From Amphiscolops sp. MND2022 (lineage: Eukaryota): a stretch of 64,000 nt of DNA. Of this stretch, positions 59,401 to 64,000 are shown piece by piece (within the stretch, counting starts at the first letter, position 1; each line of letters opens with the position of its first letter). The notes beneath the pieces are model-generated. The model saw only the letters and a list, made by a program, of their open reading frames with translations. It was not told the DNA's origin and searched no databases. The translations under genes and the position numbers were made by a program. The DNA lies in the NCBI GenBank assembly GCA_964187785.1, contig OZ076413.1, forward strand, positions 72,354,001-72,418,000. Direction: 5' to 3'.

Positions 59401-59739
59401 ATGGTGTGAATGTTATGAGGTGTCATGTCATGGGTGTAGTAGTAGTAGTTGTACAATCTAAACATGCATAATTTGACTTAAATTTGATTCATAATCTTCT
59501 CTCACTTTTGCTTGCCGCGCTTGTGAAGAAAGTTGGATGAATTTGTAGAATTTATTCACACTTGTTCACATTTATTCATCATATCACTCTTTTGTTAATA
59601 AAAGTTAAAAGACAGTCAGCTTTGTCAGCTCAGCCAGCTTTGTTTGTTTAGTAAACAAACAAATTCTCAAGTACCTTTCAAGGATCGTAGCATCATTTTG
59701 GTGGCCATTGAGATTCATACACTGCTCTAACTCATAAAG

Positions 59740-60527
59740 ATGACAGACATCGCTCGTCAATACAGACTTCAAAAACGTCATTTGCAACAGCAATTGAAAG
59801 AATGGAACGACATGAAAACAGATTCAACTACAGTGCATTCACTCAAGGAACTACGAATTCGTTCAGACTTGTTAATTCGTCTGCAAAAGGAACAGAAAGA
59901 ACTAAGTGAAAAATTGTTGAAAGAAACTACTGAAGAAAACTACGATGCCGTTGGCGATGAAATGTTCACATTGGATTGTGCATACAGCGAATAATAACAG
60001 AAATCAATTGGGAATATAATCAACTAAGTTCAGCTAACCAATCGAATGTTGTGACAAGCAGTACTCATCCAACTTCAACAATCAACACAGAGAATTCCGT
60101 TGCTAAATTACCACAAATTGAATTACCTAAATTTAATGGCAATTATTCTGATTGGCTCGCTTTTTACGATCAATTCAGCAGCTCTGTTGATAAAAATCCA
60201 AAGTTATCAAACGTTCAAAAATTGATTTATCTTAAACGTTGTTTAACTGGACCAGCTGAGCGATTAATAAAAAATCTTGAAACAACAGAAGATAATTATG
60301 ACAACGCAGTCAAAATATTGACTGATCGATATCATAACGAAAGAATTATTGTTCGTAATTTGCTAACTCGAATTATTGAATTCCGACCTGTACGAACAGA
60401 AAATGCTTTCCAATTACGATTACTTCATAACACTTTCCACGAAACAGCTCTTGCCTTAGAGTCAATGAATCAACTGGTCGACAACATCATGTGGTATCAA
60501 TTGGTGTTCTCCAAAAATGGATCCTGA
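59740..60527 (+). CDS. gag: BEL gag N-terminal part (two frameshifts, near 59980 and 60513)
   Basis: Coiled-coil N-terminus, then KLPQIELPKFNGNYSDWLAFYDQF...KLIYLK..L.G.A...Y..A...L..RY. Confidence 0.85.
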
Positions 60528-63500
60528 ATCACAGAAGGCATGGGAACTAGCAAATCCTGGAACAAAGTGTCTGGAATACACAAACTTGATGAAATTCCTG
60601 GACTTGAGAACCCGCTCCATGGAAACTTGTCAACCAAAAGAGAATTCAATGAAGATGAAGGAAACCAAGCAACTATTCACAACTGAAACAGAGAGAGCTT
60701 CAACACAGCACTGTCCCGTTCCAACTTGCAAAGCTAAACATGCTATTTGGAAATGCCCCGTATTTCAAGCTCAATCACCTACTGAACGGAAAGAAACTGT
60801 CATACAAGGTAAACTTTGCTTCAATTGTCTCAGATCAGGCCATGTCCTAGCAAAATGCACTTCACAGTCAAAATGCAAGACTTGTCAGTCCAAGCATCAT
60901 TCCTTTTTGCATGAGAGTAGCAGCAAACCAGTCAATAATTCTGCCGAAATTCATAGTACGTTAGCTATCGAATCGAATCATGAAAAGTCAGGAAAAATCT
61001 CACTTTTACCAACTGCTCAAGTCGAAGTTCTAGATAAAAGAGGTAATAAGGTGAAACTTAGAGCTCTTCTAGATACTTGTGCTCACATTAGCGCCATTAC
61101 AACAACTGCTTGTAAAAAGTTAGGCCTACAAGTTGAAAATTCCGATGAAAGAATTATCGGAGTGAATCAGACATCTTCGCAACCAGTTGAAGGAAATGTC
61201 AAAATTTCTGTTAAACCTAAGCATGGAAAAATGTTCAACATAAAATGTGTCGTGTTGAATAATATAACAAAAAGTGAGAATCCGAAATGCAAAATTGCCA
61301 ACGAAGATGTTGAGCATGCCAAACACTATGATTTAGCAGACCCGACTTTTGATTCTCCAGGTCACGTTGATCTATTACTTGGAATCACTGTATACACACA
61401 CATACTTCGAGACAAAGCTATCAAAATAGGCACACTTGCCTTAGTCGAAACAGCATTAGGCTGGGCAGTTTCAGGAATAGCTACTCAAGAATCGCCAAAT
61501 TTTTATCAGGACTCTTATAGTATTAATTTTGTGGAAAATGATGACAGTAAGTTTGAGAATTTTTGGAAAATAGAAGATGTCCCAACTTTCCCGGAATCTA
61601 AGATGAATTCAGAGGAAATTTCTTGTTCGCAACACTATGAGCAAACCACTACATATGGTCACGATGGTAGAGTCATAGTTCGACTTCCTTTCAAGGAATC
61701 TCACTTAACAATTGCATCAAATGGGTCAGATTTGGTGCCCAATATTGGACATTCAGCAAAAAATGCTCTCAGACAATTTATTCGCAACGAAAATAAACTC
61801 AAAAATAATGTTATTGCAAAACAGCAATATCATGAAGTTTTCCAAGAAATGATTGACACAGGTCATATTGAACGCGTTCCACCGGATGAGCAGCATCTGG
61901 AACCAGGCAAGTACTTCGTGATGCCTCATCACGCTGTTTGGAAAGAATCCACAACCACAAAGTGTCGTGCAGTGTTCAATGCATCGGCTAAAACATCAAA
62001 TGGTAAAAGTTCGAATGATTGTATCATGGTAGGATCCAAGCAACAACCAGATTTGATTGAAATTCTGATTAGATTACGTTTTTATCCAGTAGTTTTATCA
62101 GGAGATGTAACGAAAATGTACAGACAATTGATTTTGAATGAATTGGACAGAAATTTGCATCAGTTATATTGGAGATCACATCCTAACGAACCAATAACAA
62201 AATGGCGATTAACACGAGTAATTTACGGAGTAGCATCAAGTTCATATCATGCAATACGGGCTTTGCGTGAATCAGTTGATAAAGCACCAAATCAAACTTG
62301 CAGAGACGCAATTTTGAATTCATTTTATGTCGATGATTTTCTTGGTGGTGCATCATCCCCTGATGAAGCAGTATCACTTTATAAGGACATAACCACCACA
62401 TTAGCTAGTCGTGGAATGCCTATTCGCAAATGGGCAAGTAATTCAAAACAAGTTATGAATGAAATTCCAGTTGAACTACACGAAAACAAAGATTTTTTAC
62501 TTCTCAAAGATGACCATAGCATCAAGACTCTTGGTCTCAATTGGACACCTCAAACGGACACTTTCTTTTTTCGTGCATTCGAAAAAACCGATTCAGAGCA
62601 CTCCACAGCCTTGCCCCATGCTGTCAAGACAGAAAATTCCACTAAATTCGATGAAAAACACAAGTTTCACGATTTCAGTATTTCAGCACAAGTTGATCCA
62701 ATGGTCAACTTTCAGGATGAAAATGACCTAGTTAAAATTGGCGCTGAAGGTCAAAAACGGTTTCGTTCGCATCTCCAGGCTTGCCCCTTGCAAACTGGAC
62801 AACAGAAAAAGCAAAAATACAAAAAATGTAATTTTTCACCAATCACGAAAAATGGACCTATGGTCAACATTCCCATCACTTTTGACAAAGAAAAATTGAA
62901 ATTACACACCCAAACCTTCGATAAACCACACGAAAATGGTTGCCCCATTGATTTGCGACCAAAACAAGCATCATACAGTGACTTAACACAAAATTATGAC
63001 ACGTCCGAAAATCACTCCGATGGTCATCTTCGCACTAACTTTTCTAACACAAATCAGCAAAATATCGTTGCAAACGATACCCCCACCGCTTCTCCACTTG
63101 TGCCCCATGCAAAAACGTCAAAAATAACACGCAGGATCATTTCCAGTTCCCTTGGAAAGGTCTTTGATCCTCTAGGTTTGATCACACCAGTGACATTACT
63201 TCCGAAAATTTTATTTCAAAAAACATGGGATGGTACTTTAAATTGGGATGATGACGTTGGGGCAACTATAACGAGTCAGTTTTTATACTGGATGGAATCG
63301 TTGAAGGATTTGAGTCAATTCCACATTCCTCGTTTAGTGACCTCTGTGGTCACATTCAAGCCAAAAAATTTCAAACTTCATTTATTCGTAGATGCTTCTG
63401 AAAAGGCCTACGGAGCAGCCATATATGCCCCATCAATTTGGGACTCTACTAGGGGTGGTGGCTTGCTCATAGCAAAAAGTAGACTGGCTCCAAAACGCTC

Positions 63501-64000
63501 AGTCAGTCTCCCCAGATTAGAATTATGTGCATTGGTTCTTGGTATCAAACTCGTTGAATACGTACTTCAATCCCTAGAACCCTTCAATTTGAACATAAGC
63601 ATTTCAGCATGGAGTGATTCCACCGTAGCGTTAGCTTGGATACAATCCACACCTAGCAGATTCCAGATATTTATAGCAAATCGAATAGCAAAGGTTCAAA
63701 GAGCTTTTCCAGTTGAGAACTGGAAATATGTACCTACTTCCGAAAACCCAGCAGACTATTGTACTCGTCCAGTAGCTCCCAATGATCTTTTGTCATTGGA
63801 CATCTGGTGGCATGGACCCAATTGGATCCATGAAGAACCAGTCACACTACCGAAACAACCTCAAATTTTAGAGAATACAGAGTTTCAAAGAGAGATCCGT
63901 AAGAAGGAAATTTTAGCCTTAGATTGTTCGGGCACACTTGCTCGTCAGACCGGGGGGGGGGGGGACCCGACCGCGTTCGCTGACACTAGTACTGAAAAAG
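60517..64000 (+). CDS. pol: BEL gag C-terminus-PR-RT-RNase H polyprotein, open to the window end
   Basis: I found no stop in frame 1 in the segments I translated. Its absence from the ORF track fits an ORF that runs off the edge. Motifs: LRALLDTC, PHHAVW, VFNAS, GDVTKMYRQ, FYVDDFL, VFDPLG, FVDASEKAYG, PRLEL, WSDSTVAL. Confidence 0.9.
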   Translation, partial: MDPESQKAWELANPGTKCLEYTNLMKFLDLRTRSMETCQPKENSMKMKETKQLFTTETERASTQHCPVPTCKAKHAIWKCPVFQAQSPTERKETVIQGKLCFNCLRSGHVLAKCTSQSKCKTCQSKHHSFLHESSSKPVNNSAEIHSTLAIESNHEKSGKISLLPTAQVEVLDKRGNKVKLRALLDTCAHISAITTTACKKLGLQVENSDERIIGVNQTSSQPVEGNVKISVKPKHGKMFNIKCVVLNNITKSENPKCKIANEDVEHAKHYDLADPTFDSPGHVDLLLGITVYTHILRDKAIKIGTLALVETALGWAVSGIATQESPNFYQDSYSINFVENDDSKFENFWKIEDVPTFPESKMNSEEISCSQHYEQTTTYGHDGRVIVRLPFKESHLTIASNGSDLVPNIGHSAKNALRQFIRNENKLKNNVIAKQQYHEVFQEMIDTGHIERVPPDEQHLEPGKYFVMPHHAVWKESTTTKCRAVFNASAKTSNGKSSNDCIMVGSKQQPDLIEILIRLRFYPVVLSGDVTKMYRQLILNELDRNLHQLYWRSHPNEPITKWRLTRVIYGVASSSYHAIRALRESVDKAPNQTCRDAILNSFYVDDFLGGASSPDEAVSLYKDITTTLASRGMPIRKWASNSKQVMNEIPVELHENKDFLLLKDDHSIKTLGLNWTPQTDTFFFRAFEKTDSEHSTALPHAVKTENSTKFDEKHKFHDFSISAQVDPMVNFQDENDLVKIGAEGQKRFRSHLQACPLQTGQQKKQKYKKCNFSPITKNGPMVNIPITFDKEKLKLHTQTFDKPHENGCPIDLRPKQASYSDLTQNYDTSENHSDGHLRTNFSNTNQQNIVANDTPTASPLVPHAKTSKITRRIISSSLGKVFDPLGLITPVTLLPKILFQKTWDGTLNWDDDVGATITSQFLYWMESLKDLSQFHIPRLVTSVVTFKPKNFKLHLFVDASEKAYGAAIYAPSIWDSTRGGGLLIAKSRLAPKRSVSLPRLELCALVLGIKLVEYVLQSLEPFNLNISISAWSDSTVALAWIQSTPSRFQIFIANRIAKVQRAFPVENWKYVPTSENPADYCTRPVAPNDLLSLDIWWHGPNWIHEEPVTLPKQPQILENTEFQREIRKKEILALDCSGTLARQTGGGGDPTAFADTSTEK

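Larger units (their letters stand above)
59411..64000 (+). mobile_element. BEL/Pao LTR retrotransposon (5' part, runs off the window)
   Basis: TG-starting ~285-bp LTR with AATAAA, then TTTTGGTGGCC (PBS-like), a gag with LPQIELPKFNG..W..F, three zinc knuckles, PR, RT and Pao-type RNase H. Confidence 0.93.

Noticed and set aside
62580-63120. BEL insertion as an intein or intron
   Set aside because: No N-terminal Cys/Ser block, no terminal His-Asn, no LAGLIDADG motif and no convincing splice boundaries. It has internal repeats instead.

Overview
AT-rich eukaryotic (probably invertebrate animal) genomic DNA. Four small GC-rich exons of a host glutamine:fructose-6-phosphate amidotransferase gene (GFAT, + strand: 7006-7269, 41017-41112, 42845-42940, 44420-44638) are separated by very large introns filled with mobile elements. 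The 33.7-kb intron holds two major insertions. (i) A complete 14.5-kb Polinton/Maverick (adintovirus-like) endogenous virus at 7850-22320, with TIRs and a 6-bp TSD ATCATA. It encodes protease, penton, MCP, integrase and pPolB, has two tandem A32-like packaging ATPases, and carries GC-rich mini-hairpin motifs inside its genes. (ii) A complex env-bearing Ty3/gypsy element on the - strand at 25955-40621. It has a TARG1/OARD1-like macrodomain inside pol, an F-type class I fusion env, extra ORFs on both sides, a J-domain gene running into the LTR, and an internal 2.14-kb triplication. The downstream intron (44639 to the window end) holds a piggyBac with a nested hAT MITE, a degenerate Helitron-like Rep-helicase with a passenger gene, SGNH-esterase ORF remnants, tRNA-derived SINE-like heads, and a young BEL/Pao LTR element whose pol ORF runs off the window. 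All family assignments come from manual motif recognition, not database searches.
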